Assembly: GCA_965215515.1 (NCBI GenBank)
Contig: OZ244057.1
Span: 1,696,001 to 1,760,000 of the forward strand
Length of the DNA stretch: 64,000 bases
From: Oligoflexales bacterium
GTDB lineage: Bacteria > Bdellovibrionota_B > Oligoflexia > Oligoflexales > JAPPIL01
Reading direction: 5' to 3'
A model generated the notes under the pieces. It worked only from the letters and a program-made list of their open reading frames with translations, did no database searches and was not told the origin of the DNA. Shown in pieces: positions 10,010-20,067 of this stretch; the first letter of the stretch is position 1; each line of letters opens with the position of its first letter. The translations under genes and the position numbers were made by a program.

Positions 10010-10651
10010 TCAGTTCCCTCCTCCTTGTTGGTGCGGCGGGGCTGTGCCTTTGCCTTTGCGCTTGCGAGGTGCTTTTTTCTTCTTACTCGGTTTGGTTTGG
10101 GTAGCTTGCTGGGCGGCGTGCATGGTCGCGATGGTGGCATCGATTTTTTGTTGATTGGTCAATAGCATGGTCAGAGTGGTACTTTCTTTCACCGCCCCTT
10201 CACCCCAGAAAACTTCGACGTGGGCAATTTTGAGCAGATGTTCACCGAAAATCTGCTCGACCTGCTGTTTGACCATCGCCGCGGTGGGGTCGGGCTGGTC
10301 ATCGTCGCTGCCACCACCTGCGATCATGTTTACCAAGGGTAGCTTCCATTCCCGAATAGTGAGATTATAGCTGAAACCCTCCTCGTCCTCGAAAGGTTTC
10401 TCGGTGACGGCCACGCCTTCGAGTTCTTTTAGTTCCTTGTTATACCAGTAGTACTCGACTTGCGCCATCATGCGGCGAGCCAGCCACATGCCTTTGGTTA
10501 AATTTTGTCCATAATCGGAAAAGTATAGTGCCTGTCCTTGCACAGTCGCGACTTGCAAAATTAACACCGTCAGCAGACCGAGGGCGACCATCGTTTCGAT
10601 CAACGTGAAACTGTGCTGTGCTGCTCTGTGTTTAGCTTTCCGTCTCAACAA
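10010..10651 (-). CDS. gspI: minor pseudopilin GspI
   Basis: HS|FTLIETMVAL motif, V.V.W; operon position. TTG start inferred. Confidence 0.78.
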   Translation of the reverse strand: MLRRKAKHRAAQHSFTLIETMVALGLLTVLILQVATVQGQALYFSDYGQNLTKGMWLARRMMAQVEYYWYNKELKELEGVAVTEKPFEDEEGFSYNLTIREWKLPLVNMIAGGGSDDDQPDPTAAMVKQQVEQIFGEHLLKIAHVEVFWGEGAVKESTTLTMLLTNQQKIDATIATMHAAQQATQTKPSKKKKAPRKRKGKGTAPPHQQGGGN

Positions 10652-11381
10652 ATTCTTCTCGTCCTGAAATAACTTCCGCAGTCCCTTCGTAGGGATTGGT
10701 GCGCAGGGTGTAGGGTGGTACACTGCGATCGACGGTGGTTTCATCCTGCATGACTGCTATCTGGATTACCGCGGCTTCGACATAACCGTCGGGGAAAAAA
10801 TACAAAAACGCCTGCACAGTGCTTTCATCGCTATCTTCGTTGCTTTGCTTGCGCACGTGGTGCTCAGCTTGCATAGCTTGCACGGAAAGCAAAGGTGACA
10901 GAGTGCGCTTTTGCCATTCGAGGTTCTTGACCATCGTCCATTGTGCGCGTTGCAAGCGTTTTTTGCTGGCAATCAAGGGGGTGATAAGCACGATTTCTTT
11001 TTCTTCTTCCCGATCGAACAGGGGGTTCGCCAACATATCTTCGTAGTTTTTAAAATCTTCCTCAAAGGCAAGCCGCTCCTCTTCCTCCTCCTCTTTGCTT
11101 AAATCACGCGCCAGCCCTTCGACACCCAAATAGACATCGCTACGGTCGGCAACCTCAAGCCAATAATCGCCTCCGCCGACCTCGAACACCAGACGATGCA
11201 CTTTGCCTGTCAGCACCGCGACATCCCACGCACTGCGGATATCGACGGCCAGTCGGTTCAAGGTGCTGGAAATTTCCAAACCGCTAAAAATTCTAAACTG
11301 CGGCAAAGCAAAGGTATACACACCCGCAATTAAAGCGACGACGATGATGATCTCCAGCAGGGTGAAGCCGCGTTCAGGCAT
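10632..11381 (-). CDS. gspH: minor pseudopilin GspH
   Basis: RG|FTLLEIIIV, YFFPDG, NPYEG; follows gspG. Confidence 0.82.
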   Translation of the reverse strand: MPERGFTLLEIIIVVALIAGVYTFALPQFRIFSGLEISSTLNRLAVDIRSAWDVAVLTGKVHRLVFEVGGGDYWLEVADRSDVYLGVEGLARDLSKEEEEEERLAFEEDFKNYEDMLANPLFDREEEKEIVLITPLIASKKRLQRAQWTMVKNLEWQKRTLSPLLSVQAMQAEHHVRKQSNEDSDESTVQAFLYFFPDGYVEAAVIQIAVMQDETTVDRSVPPYTLRTNPYEGTAEVISGREEFVETES

Positions 11382-11856
11382 CGTCACCTTCGTCGCTGCT
11401 CGTCGCGTTTTCAGGCCAGACAATGTCATCGTCAGTGCCCATCTGAAAATCGGGGCCCGCCGACATTATCTTAACATTGCGACCATCGGATTCGTATTCG
11501 AACTCCGTGTCCCAAGGATCGAAAAGTTTTTTTTCGTTGTCGAGATAAGGGCCGCGCCAACGTTTATCGCCTGGGTTTTCGAGCAGCACCTGCAAGCCAA
11601 CATCGGTGGTGGGAAATTTTTTCATGTGTACCCGATACAGCTGTAAGGCCTGACGGATGTTGCCGATAGCCAACTTGGTCTGGTCGATCTTGGCGGTGTC
11701 GGCTTGTTGGGTAAGATTAGTGATGAGGTATACTCCTAAGGTGCCGAGCAGTGCGACGACGATGATAATTTCTAACAGCGTCATCCCTGCTTCTTTTTCG
11801 TGCCCCTCAGGGGCTGTCACGCGTTTGTTTTGGTTAGACAACTGTCTACTGGTCAT
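11374..11856 (-). CDS. gspG: major pseudopilin GspG
   Basis: AG|MTLLEIIIVV, FPTT..GL..L, WRGPYL, DPW, SAGPD...GTDDDI. Confidence 0.95.
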   Translation of the reverse strand: MTSRQLSNQNKRVTAPEGHEKEAGMTLLEIIIVVALLGTLGVYLITNLTQQADTAKIDQTKLAIGNIRQALQLYRVHMKKFPTTDVGLQVLLENPGDKRWRGPYLDNEKKLFDPWDTEFEYESDGRNVKIMSAGPDFQMGTDDDIVWPENATSSDEGDDA

Positions 11857-11874
11857 AACTGCAAATCTCCTTAG

Positions 11875-13092
11875 TTAGCGCACGGAACTCATTACAGACA
11901 GCATCGGCACCAGCAGGGCAACGATCACCACGCTGGCCACGCATGCCATGACAATTATCATCATCGGTTCGATCAACGAGATCATCGACTCGATTTTGCG
12001 TTCAACCTCTGTATCGTATGCTTTAGCGACGTGTGTCAACATGCCTTCGAGGTCGCCTGTTTTTTCTCCGGTGCGGATCATGTGGGTGACGAGCGGCGGA
12101 AAGCGGTTACTGCGGGCAACGCAGTCACCGAGGCTGTCGCCCTCTTGCACGGAAGTTTTGGCATCGTCGAGCACACCTGCAATAATGGTGTTGGAGATGG
12201 TATTCTTGGTAATCTCCAGTGCCGAGATGATCGGCACGCCAGAGTTGAGTAGGGTGGAGAGTGTTTTGGTAAATTTGGAGACGTTGATCCTGACGATCAA
12301 CGAACCGAAGATAGGGAAAGTCAGTGCCCACAGATCAACCCTGCGCCCGCCTTTCTCTGAACTTGCCCATTTTTTGAGCACGAAAAACAGCACTACCGCC
12401 ACGATGATCAGCGGGAGCCAGCGTTCTTGCAAAAATTCCGAGAAGGCGATGAGCTTCTCCGTGTACCAGGGTAAGGTAACTTTGAGGCTGTTAAAGACTT
12501 TTTGCAGGCCTGGTACAACACTGATAAACAGGTAGGCGATGATAGCCAACGACGCGACAATCATGATCGCAGGATAGGACAAGGCACTGAAGACTTTGCC
12601 TTTGATGGCGACTTGATACTCCTGATAGTCAGCCAGACGTTCGAGCACAAGACCGAGTTTGCCCGAAGTCTCCCCTGCCTGCACCATATTGATGTAGAGA
12701 CGATTGAAGGTACGGGGATAAGCGGACAGTGCTTCAGCGAGCGACTTGCCCTCGGAGATACTATCTTTTGCCGCGGACAAGGTGTTGCGCAGTTCGAGGT
12801 TATCGACTTGCGCAGTCAAAGCCGACAGGCACTCATCGAGAGGCACTTGGGCATTTTGCAGAGTCGCGAACTGCCTGGTCATGATAGACAGATCGAGCAG
12901 CGACACGCGTTTGGCAAACAGTGCGCCACGCGCTTTTTTGTTGTCGCTAACCGCCTCTTTGAGTTCGGAGATAATTATTTTGTCACGTTGGCGCAGACGG
13001 GAGCGTGCCGCACGGGGGGTGTCGGCATCGATCGTGCCTTTCTTTGCCGCACCCGTCAGTGCATCATAACCCTTGTAGGTGTACAGAACCAT
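11875..13092 (-). CDS. gspF: T2SS inner-membrane platform protein GspF
   Basis: RQFATL, NMV.AGE.SG.L..VL.RLADY, SALSYP, GEKTG.LE.ML, LIEP. Confidence 0.96.
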   Translation of the reverse strand: MVLYTYKGYDALTGAAKKGTIDADTPRAARSRLRQRDKIIISELKEAVSDNKKARGALFAKRVSLLDLSIMTRQFATLQNAQVPLDECLSALTAQVDNLELRNTLSAAKDSISEGKSLAEALSAYPRTFNRLYINMVQAGETSGKLGLVLERLADYQEYQVAIKGKVFSALSYPAIMIVASLAIIAYLFISVVPGLQKVFNSLKVTLPWYTEKLIAFSEFLQERWLPLIIVAVVLFFVLKKWASSEKGGRRVDLWALTFPIFGSLIVRINVSKFTKTLSTLLNSGVPIISALEITKNTISNTIIAGVLDDAKTSVQEGDSLGDCVARSNRFPPLVTHMIRTGEKTGDLEGMLTHVAKAYDTEVERKIESMISLIEPMMIIVMACVASVVIVALLVPMLSVMSSVR

Positions 13093-13230
13093 ATTTCTTG
13101 CTCTCTTCTCCCTTCTCCCCGAGAGAAGGAGGTGTATTTATTGCTACGCAAGGGGGGTTTTTTATGCCTACGACAGGGCGTTTCTCCCCCGCAAAAGTGT
13201 CCGCGGGCACGCCTGTGCTCTCCCCCCAAA

Positions 13231-15084
13231 CTAATCATCGCTCTGATCCGTTTGGGTGCGCTGAATAGCTTCATCAAGCGATGTTAGTCCCTCGATAGCT
13301 TTGAGCAGGGCTGATTCGCGCAAGGTTAACATGCCGTTTTCTAGGGCTACTTTTTTGATAATTTTTGCGTCTTGGTGTTCGATAATAGTTTGTCGCAGCG
13401 TATCGTCGATGACCAGCAGTTCGTGAATACCGAGACGGTCACGGTAACATTGGTTGAAACACTGCTCACAGCCAGAGCCTGCACGGTAGAGTTTGCGGCC
13501 ATCGACTCTGCTCGCGAGACGGCCGAGTGTTTGCAAGTCTTGTTTGGTCGGTGTGTAGGCTTCTCGACAGGATTGGCATAGTTTGCGTACCAGTCGGGTG
13601 GCCATGACACCGAGTAGGGCTGAGGTAATCTGGAACGGTTGAATGTTAAAATCCATCAGTCGGGTTACGGTAGCAGCCGCATCGTTAGTGTGCAGAGTAG
13701 AGAATACGAGGTGACCTGTCAGCGATGACTGCACCGCAATGTTGGCGGTCTCGGCATCACGTATCTCACCGATCATGATAACGTCTGGGTCTTGACGGAG
13801 AATTGAACGTAGCCCTTCGCTGAAGGTAAGACCTATCTTTTCTTTGACCTCCATCTGCCCGACACCCGCGAGCTGGTATTCGATAGGGTCTTCGATGGTG
13901 AGAATGTTGATGTCGGAAGTGTTGATGTGCATCATCGAAGCGTAAAGCAGGGTGGTTTTCCCCGAGCCTGTCGGCCCTGTCACCAGAATAATGCCGTGTT
14001 TTTTCTCGATCAACGCAGTCCACACCGAGTGCACATCGTCGGAGATGTTCATCTGCTTGAGACTCTTTGCTCCCGAAGACTTGTCGAGCAGACGCATGAC
14101 GATACGCTCGCCATAAGCGGTGGGAAGCACGGAGAGACGCACATCGATGTCTTTGCCCGCGACACGAATACTGATACGTCCGTCTTGGGGGACGCGTTTT
14201 TCAGCGATGTTGAGTTTGCCGATAATTTTGATGCGTGAAGCCAGCGGCCCCGCGTGGCGTTTGGGTACTTGCATTTTGTCCTGTAGTGCACCGTCGACGC
14301 GAAAACGCACGATGATGTCGTTTTCATACGGCTCTATGTGAATATCGGAAGCTCGTTCTTTGACGGCGCGGGCGAGCAAACCGTTGACGAGACGGATGAT
14401 GGGCTTTTCATCGTCGGATGATTCGAGCAGGTCGCGAGTTTGTTCAAGCGAATCATCTTCACCTCCTTCGGGAACGTTAAGTTCGTCGATAACTTTCTGT
14501 GACGCATCGTTGCAACGCTCATAGACACGGTTGATGCTGTTTTGAATGACGGTCGGCGAACAGACGATGAGGTTGATGTTGGTGGACAAAATCAAACGCA
14601 GATCATCGATGGGAAAGATATTGAGTGGATCGCTGACCGCAACACCGACGTTGAATTCATCGCGCGCGACAGGCAGGAGTTGATTGTCACGACAAAACTG
14701 AATGGGGATGTTTTCGACCAGCGACGGGTCGATGTCGTTGACGGGCAGACGGTCGTAGAAAGGTAGACTGAGCTGAAAGGCGAGCGAGCGCAGCATCTCC
14801 TCCTCAGACAAGTATTCTTTTTTAATAAGAATTTGACCGATTTTTTGGTGCTTGAAATCTACCTCTTGGCTTTTTAATGCCTCGCTGAGCTGCTCCTCGG
14901 TAATGGCAGTCGATTCGAGCAGAATCTCGCCGAGACTCTTGCGTTGAATTTTGCGAAACGGTGCGGTGGGCAAACTCCGCCACTTGGGAGGCCTCGCCGT
15001 GTCCGTGCCCGCAGGGGGAGCATGGCCCGTTTCCTCGGCGGGCGACAGCGCGGCTGAGGTTTTTTCACTTTCCGCGGTGGACAT
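13231..15084 (-). CDS. gspE: T2SS ATPase GspE
   Basis: ASDIHIEP, GPTGSGKTT, TIEDPIEY, LRQDPDVIMIGEIRD, TGHLVFSTLHTN, Cys4 zinc motif. Confidence 0.97.
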   Translation of the reverse strand: MSTAESEKTSAALSPAEETGHAPPAGTDTARPPKWRSLPTAPFRKIQRKSLGEILLESTAITEEQLSEALKSQEVDFKHQKIGQILIKKEYLSEEEMLRSLAFQLSLPFYDRLPVNDIDPSLVENIPIQFCRDNQLLPVARDEFNVGVAVSDPLNIFPIDDLRLILSTNINLIVCSPTVIQNSINRVYERCNDASQKVIDELNVPEGGEDDSLEQTRDLLESSDDEKPIIRLVNGLLARAVKERASDIHIEPYENDIIVRFRVDGALQDKMQVPKRHAGPLASRIKIIGKLNIAEKRVPQDGRISIRVAGKDIDVRLSVLPTAYGERIVMRLLDKSSGAKSLKQMNISDDVHSVWTALIEKKHGIILVTGPTGSGKTTLLYASMMHINTSDINILTIEDPIEYQLAGVGQMEVKEKIGLTFSEGLRSILRQDPDVIMIGEIRDAETANIAVQSSLTGHLVFSTLHTNDAAATVTRLMDFNIQPFQITSALLGVMATRLVRKLCQSCREAYTPTKQDLQTLGRLASRVDGRKLYRAGSGCEQCFNQCYRDRLGIHELLVIDDTLRQTIIEHQDAKIIKKVALENGMLTLRESALLKAIEGLTSLDEAIQRTQTDQSDD

Positions 15085-15096
15085 CGTCTCTCCTCG

Positions 15097-17583
15097 TCAA
15101 GGCACAGGCCGCGTCTGCGACATGTCGTCTGCCCCTGTCTCAGCAGCAGTGTCTTCCTCCATCGTCGCTGCCTCGTTACCTTCGTCAGCCGCCCCAGGCA
15201 TCTCTTCCTCCTCAACCACAGGTGGCTCGATTGCAGCAGGCGGCTCGACTGCAGGTGGTTCGACTGCAGGTGGTTCGACTGCAGGTGGTTCGACTGCAGG
15301 TGGCTCGATTGCAGGTGGCTCGATTGCAGGTGGCTCGATTGCAGGTGGCTCGGCAATTTGTTGAGGTTCTTCGGGCGTGAACTTCAGGGGATAGCCGCGG
15401 TTGCTTTCGTCCCGAATTATTTCATACAGCTCACGCCGCATCTCCTCTAACTTGCGCCGTTCCATCTCATCGACGGTGTCGGAATGATATTCGCCTTCCT
15501 CGAGTTTAGGGAGCAGGGCGTAGAAATCATCGTCGGGGCTGGTGCTTGCCCCCACCGCATCGAGAAATTCATCACGCTCTTTGATCTTCTGACGGTAAAT
15601 TTCCGCCAGATCTCCAGCGTTGTGCACGATATGGGGCTTAAGGAAAATCACCAAACTGGTCTTGATGTTGTTCAAAGAGCTGTTGCGGAATAGCCAACCG
15701 AGCACGGGAATATCGCCGAATAGCGGCACTTTTTGAAATGTTTCGATCTCGCGGGTTTGCATCAAACCAGAGATAACGACGGTCTGGCCGTTTTTGACTG
15801 TCACCAGCTGTGAGGTTTGGCGTTTGTTTATGTTGGGCAAGCCTTCATCGGAAATACGTGTACCGAAAGTGTTGGCTTCCAGATCGATTTTGAGTGTCAC
15901 GTAGTTGGAGTGGCTGATATTGGGCTTTATCTTGAGGCTGAGGTTGGCGTTTTCTTTTTCGAGTTTTTGGACGGGAGTCCCTGTGGTGGGGTTGGTTTCG
16001 GCGGTATGAAACAGGCGTGTTTCGCCACTGCTGATTTTGGCGACCTCGTTGTTGGAGGTGAGGATCTGTGGTGTGGCGAGAATCTTGGTATTGGCATCGC
16101 TTTTGATCAGGCTGATCAGTGCGGCAGGGGCGATCTCACCTAGACCTGGCACGTTGACTTTCGTCCCCGACAGGATGCCGATGGTGAGGTTCTTGGAGAA
16201 GTTTTCTTTCAATTTTGCTAGTTCACTGAGGGCGGCAGCACCCGCGGCCCCTTCTTCGCCGCTTTTCTCCGCGACCGCACCGCCGATGGCCAGACTGGTT
16301 GCACTCGCACCTTCCCACGTACCGACGACCTTCGTTCCTTCGCTCTTCCCTGCGCCACCGAAGATACTCATGCCTGCGATAAACGAGTCTTCGATGTTGA
16401 TATCGAGGATGTCGGTCTCGACGTAGACTTGGCTGCGACGCATGTCGAGTTTGCGAATGATGGCGTTCAGTGCCTGGTAGGCACTGCGACTGCCTGTGAT
16501 CAGCAGCGAGTTGGAAGGTTCGTAGGCGGTAATCTTGACGTTATCGTCGAGCTGTGCCACCGCTGCCAACGGGGAGGGACGGGTTTTGCTCGGTACACGG
16601 CGTGCAGGACGACGGCTACGACCTGTCAGAGCTGACAAAGTGCCTGCCAGAGTCTTGGCATCGGCGTAGTCGAGCGGACGGACGTGGATGGTCGCTTGTC
16701 GTGAAGGGTCGTCCAGCTCGATGTCAAATTCCTTGACCATATCTTTCACGTCTTTGATGGTGCGGGGCGGCCCGAAGATGATTACCGAGTTGGAACGCTC
16801 ATCGACGAGAATCTTGTATTCCTGTGAGCTGGAGCGGCGTAAACGCTTGCTGCGGGACGAACTGGTCACCAGCTGCCGTACCTTCTCGGCGACGGCTTTG
16901 GCATCGGAAAAACGTATGGGGATAATTTCCAGCCGCGGTTGTCGGGTCTGCACGTCGAGTAGGTTGACGATGTCCAGCACACGCCGCACTTTGTAGCCCG
17001 TGTCGCTGATAATCAGGGTGTTGGTCGGTTCGTAAGCGATCATCGAGTTGGACGAAACGATACGTGAGAGGGTCGTCTGAATGCTTTTGGCGTTGATGTA
17101 GTTCAGCGGCACTATCTGGGTAATTATTTCATCGGTACGAGGTGTCCACTTTGCCCCTCGAAAAGTTTTGAGGTTGCCTTTCACCGCGGTACGAATAGGC
17201 ATAATCTTGATGATCCGACCCGTTTCGACGGTGGTCAAGCCGAGAATGTTCAGGGCGGAGAGGAACGCTTGATAAGCTTCTTCCTTGGTAACCTTGCGCG
17301 GAGAGATAATCTGTACCTTACCCGTCACTTGCCGATCGAGGATGACATTTTTGCCTGTCCACAAGGCTACCGCTTTGATGATGTCCTTGATTTCGGTCGG
17401 TTCGGGAAAATCGATGTTGACCAGCTCTTCGCCCTGCGGCAGTGCTTCCGCACCGCGTGGCTCGTCGTTGTCTTCGATTTCGACCGTGGCCAGCGGTGAT
17501 TCTTCGGCATGAAGTTGCCAGCTAGGCACAGATAACAGCAGTGCTACTAAAAAAAATCTAGTAATTGTCATAAAGCCACTCAC
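15097..17583 (-). CDS. gspD: T2SS secretin GspD with acidic Pro-rich C-terminal extension
   Basis: Signal peptide, N0 domain, repeated D.RSNS/YEP.N N-domains, KVPLFGDIPVLGWLFR secretin motif. Confidence 0.96.
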   Translation of the reverse strand: MSGFMTITRFFLVALLLSVPSWQLHAEESPLATVEIEDNDEPRGAEALPQGEELVNIDFPEPTEIKDIIKAVALWTGKNVILDRQVTGKVQIISPRKVTKEEAYQAFLSALNILGLTTVETGRIIKIMPIRTAVKGNLKTFRGAKWTPRTDEIITQIVPLNYINAKSIQTTLSRIVSSNSMIAYEPTNTLIISDTGYKVRRVLDIVNLLDVQTRQPRLEIIPIRFSDAKAVAEKVRQLVTSSSRSKRLRRSSSQEYKILVDERSNSVIIFGPPRTIKDVKDMVKEFDIELDDPSRQATIHVRPLDYADAKTLAGTLSALTGRSRRPARRVPSKTRPSPLAAVAQLDDNVKITAYEPSNSLLITGSRSAYQALNAIIRKLDMRRSQVYVETDILDINIEDSFIAGMSIFGGAGKSEGTKVVGTWEGASATSLAIGGAVAEKSGEEGAAGAAALSELAKLKENFSKNLTIGILSGTKVNVPGLGEIAPAALISLIKSDANTKILATPQILTSNNEVAKISSGETRLFHTAETNPTTGTPVQKLEKENANLSLKIKPNISHSNYVTLKIDLEANTFGTRISDEGLPNINKRQTSQLVTVKNGQTVVISGLMQTREIETFQKVPLFGDIPVLGWLFRNSSLNNIKTSLVIFLKPHIVHNAGDLAEIYRQKIKERDEFLDAVGASTSPDDDFYALLPKLEEGEYHSDTVDEMERRKLEEMRRELYEIIRDESNRGYPLKFTPEEPQQIAEPPAIEPPAIEPPAIEPPAVEPPAVEPPAVEPPAVEPPAAIEPPVVEEEEMPGAADEGNEAATMEEDTAAETGADDMSQTRPVP
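15218..15355 (-). repeat. 15-bp coding tandem repeat (xEPPA, about 9 copies) in gspD
   Basis: Direct reading: (gcaggtggYtcgaYt)n; protein AEPPA-(IEPPA)3-(VEPPA)4-AIEPPV. Confidence 0.95.
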
Positions 17584-17589
17584 CCCTCG

Positions 17590-18549
17590 TCATTTTATCA
17601 CGACACCGATCGTCTGCGGTTTGTTTTTGCGCATGATGTTGAAAACAATCTCCTGATCTTCCTGAAATGTCTGGAAGAGGGCGAAACCCTGTTCCGCTTG
17701 CTCCAAACTGGTATCGTTGACTTTCTGGATAATATCGCCGTTGCGTAAGCCGATTTTGTTGAACAGCGTGCCCTTTTTGATCGCGAATATCTTGAAACCG
17801 TTGATGCTCTCGCCGTCGAGGTTGGGGACAAGTCTGGCTGACTTGAGAACCTGACTGAACCCAGGCCCCAGTTGCTTTTCCACCCAAGCACTGTCCAACA
17901 CCACCGCACCGCCGCGCCCGTCCTCATTGCGTTCTTTTGCCTTGCCCTGTTGTTTACGGGGTTGGTAACCATCCGTGCGACTGGCGACCTTGGCGGATTT
18001 TTCGATTTTGTAACACTCACGACTCCCTCCGTTATCGACAACCATCTGCTCACGCTCGATCGCCACGACCAACACATCCTCGTAGCCGATGATCTTGTCC
18101 CCGACACGATAGGTATCGGACTGGGAATAGTTTGCCTCCCGCACCGAGACTATCGAGTTGTCGCCGCCGAGATAAATAGTGCCCACTACCTTTAGTTTCA
18201 GTGTCGGCTTGTTGCACTGCCCCGCGAGAATACGTCCCTGGGCGGCATCGTCGGCGAGTTCCTTGTGGTCGGGAAGCTCGCCCGTCGCATTGAAGATGTT
18301 GCGGTCGAGCACCGCTTTGCGCACATCACGGTAGTTGAGTTTTTTCATCATATCCACCTGCACACCGCTCTTGCCACGTCCTGAGGCTCGGCCGCTAAAG
18401 AAACCTTTACCCATCAGAAAGTGCGTGCTCAACGATGCGAAGACCGTCGCGACGAGCCACGCCGCCAGCACGGTGAAGAACGACCGCACCAGCACCTTGA
18501 GGCGTTCACCTACCAACCACCGCCGCAGCTTTTGCAGGTCGATGTTCAC
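17590..18549 (-). CDS. gspC: T2SS protein GspC with PDZ domain (copy 2)
   Basis: TM, RNIF, LK.VGT HR domain, C-terminal PDZ (GFKIFAI.KG.LF.KIGL.NGD.I..VN). Confidence 0.88.
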   Translation of the reverse strand: MNIDLQKLRRWLVGERLKVLVRSFFTVLAAWLVATVFASLSTHFLMGKGFFSGRASGRGKSGVQVDMMKKLNYRDVRKAVLDRNIFNATGELPDHKELADDAAQGRILAGQCNKPTLKLKVVGTIYLGGDNSIVSVREANYSQSDTYRVGDKIIGYEDVLVVAIEREQMVVDNGGSRECYKIEKSAKVASRTDGYQPRKQQGKAKERNEDGRGGAVVLDSAWVEKQLGPGFSQVLKSARLVPNLDGESINGFKIFAIKKGTLFNKIGLRNGDIIQKVNDTSLEQAEQGFALFQTFQEDQEIVFNIMRKNKPQTIGVVIK

Positions 18550-19490
18550 TGCACACTGATAAGGAAGTTCATCGGTTTTCCACTCCGTACTACTCGGATC
18601 TCAATCTCCGACTCGTTGCGCAACGAATTCAACAACTTGATCGCCTGCGCGGTGTCGGTCAGTAAGATGCCGTTGATTTCCTCCACCACATCGCCGTTCT
18701 GCAAGCCTGACTTCTGGTAGATAGAGTTTTCCCGAATACGGCTGAGTTGAAAACCGCGCAACTTACCTCCGACGAGGTTGGGCGATGCTTTGGCATCCTG
18801 TAAAACTTTGGTGAAGTCAGGCCCCAGCAACCTTGCTTTGTAGTCCTTTGACATGTTGATGTTCCCACCCGTACGCTCGAAACCTTCCTCGCGAAACTCC
18901 TTCGCAGCGGGGGCGGTGGCAATCGCGGCGTACTTGCGCTTGGCGCGCTGCTTCGATACCTTGCGCCTGCGCACCAACTCCTGTTTGTCGATCTCCAGAT
19001 ACTCCAGCTGCCCACCGTTATCGAGGATGATTTTCCCCTTATGTACCTCCCGCAACATGGCACGTCCGACCACCAAGTCGCCGTTCATGAAGCTACCTGT
19101 CTTGCGTTTACCTTTGAATTCGATGATGGCGATACCGTTGCGGGGATCGCCCGAATAGATCGTGCCCGTCAGCTTCAGAGGCAAATTTGACTTGATAACT
19201 TCTGCGACCGTAGCTCTGTCCTTGTCCTCGTCCAAGTTGTCCATCCCTTCCGCCTGAAAGAGATTGCGCTGCATGATTTTGTTCATATCGTCGTTGTTCA
19301 GGCTCTGGGTAGTTTCTTGCAGTTTGTAGTTGCTCGCACCATCGCCGCGGCGGTCTTTGGCCTCAGGAAAAAACAACCACGCGACACCCATCGACAGTGC
19401 CGTCGCACACACGAAGCTGCTGCCCACTACCCAGGCCAGCGCTTTCCAGGGCAAGCTTTTTAGTTTTCCCAAGCTGTTATCTGCTCGCAT
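18546..19490 (-). CDS. gspC: T2SS protein GspC with PDZ domain (copy 1)
   Basis: TM, RNLF, LKLTGT, DNGG.LEYL, PDZ (GFQL..I..NSIY.K.GL.NGD.V..ING). Start uncertain. Confidence 0.85.
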   Translation of the reverse strand: MRADNSLGKLKSLPWKALAWVVGSSFVCATALSMGVAWLFFPEAKDRRGDGASNYKLQETTQSLNNDDMNKIMQRNLFQAEGMDNLDEDKDRATVAEVIKSNLPLKLTGTIYSGDPRNGIAIIEFKGKRKTGSFMNGDLVVGRAMLREVHKGKIILDNGGQLEYLEIDKQELVRRRKVSKQRAKRKYAAIATAPAAKEFREEGFERTGGNINMSKDYKARLLGPDFTKVLQDAKASPNLVGGKLRGFQLSRIRENSIYQKSGLQNGDVVEEINGILLTDTAQAIKLLNSLRNESEIEIRVVRSGKPMNFLISVQ

Positions 19491-20058
19491 TACGCCTCTG
19501 TAAGATTGCATTTTTAACCATCAGTGCGCAAAACTCGACCGTCGAGCCACCGCTGTCGATAGTTATGTCGGCTTGTGCGAAAAAATCTGAACGCACGACA
19601 CGCGTTTCCTCCACCCTATCCATTAATTCTAACAGAATTTTTTCGTCACTGCTGCCCTCAAGTGCGGGGCTCAACAAGGGGCTGTTCTTCAGCCGCTCAC
19701 GATCGAGCAGCAGACGTTGACATATAACCTGTGGTCTGGCGGTGAGGCAGACGGTAATACCCAAACGGGCCAACTTGCTCCAGTTGTCTCGGTGACAAGG
19801 CAAACCTCCCCCCGTAGCGATTACGCAGTGCTTGACCCCCTTCAGCTCCGCCAGTAGCTGTGTCTCCAACGCACGAAAATGCTCCTCGCCATACCGAAAA
19901 AACAGGGCAGAAATCTGCATCCCCCGCTCGCGCACGATGCAGGCATCGGTATCTATCACTCCATAACCCAACAAGTGTGCCAGCAAAGGTGCCACGCGGG
20001 ATTTGCCTGTGGCAGATTCTCCCACCAGGACTACATTTTTCGCCAAATCTATCCCCAA
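19477..20058 (-). CDS. aroK: shikimate kinase
   Basis: LVGESATGKS, DTD..I, GE.HFR.LE, VIATGGG. Confidence 0.92.
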   Translation of the reverse strand: MGIDLAKNVVLVGESATGKSRVAPLLAHLLGYGVIDTDACIVRERGMQISALFFRYGEEHFRALETQLLAELKGVKHCVIATGGGLPCHRDNWSKLARLGITVCLTARPQVICQRLLLDRERLKNSPLLSPALEGSSDEKILLELMDRVEETRVVRSDFFAQADITIDSGGSTVEFCALMVKNAILQRRNASR

Positions 20059-20067
20059 AGTAAATGA

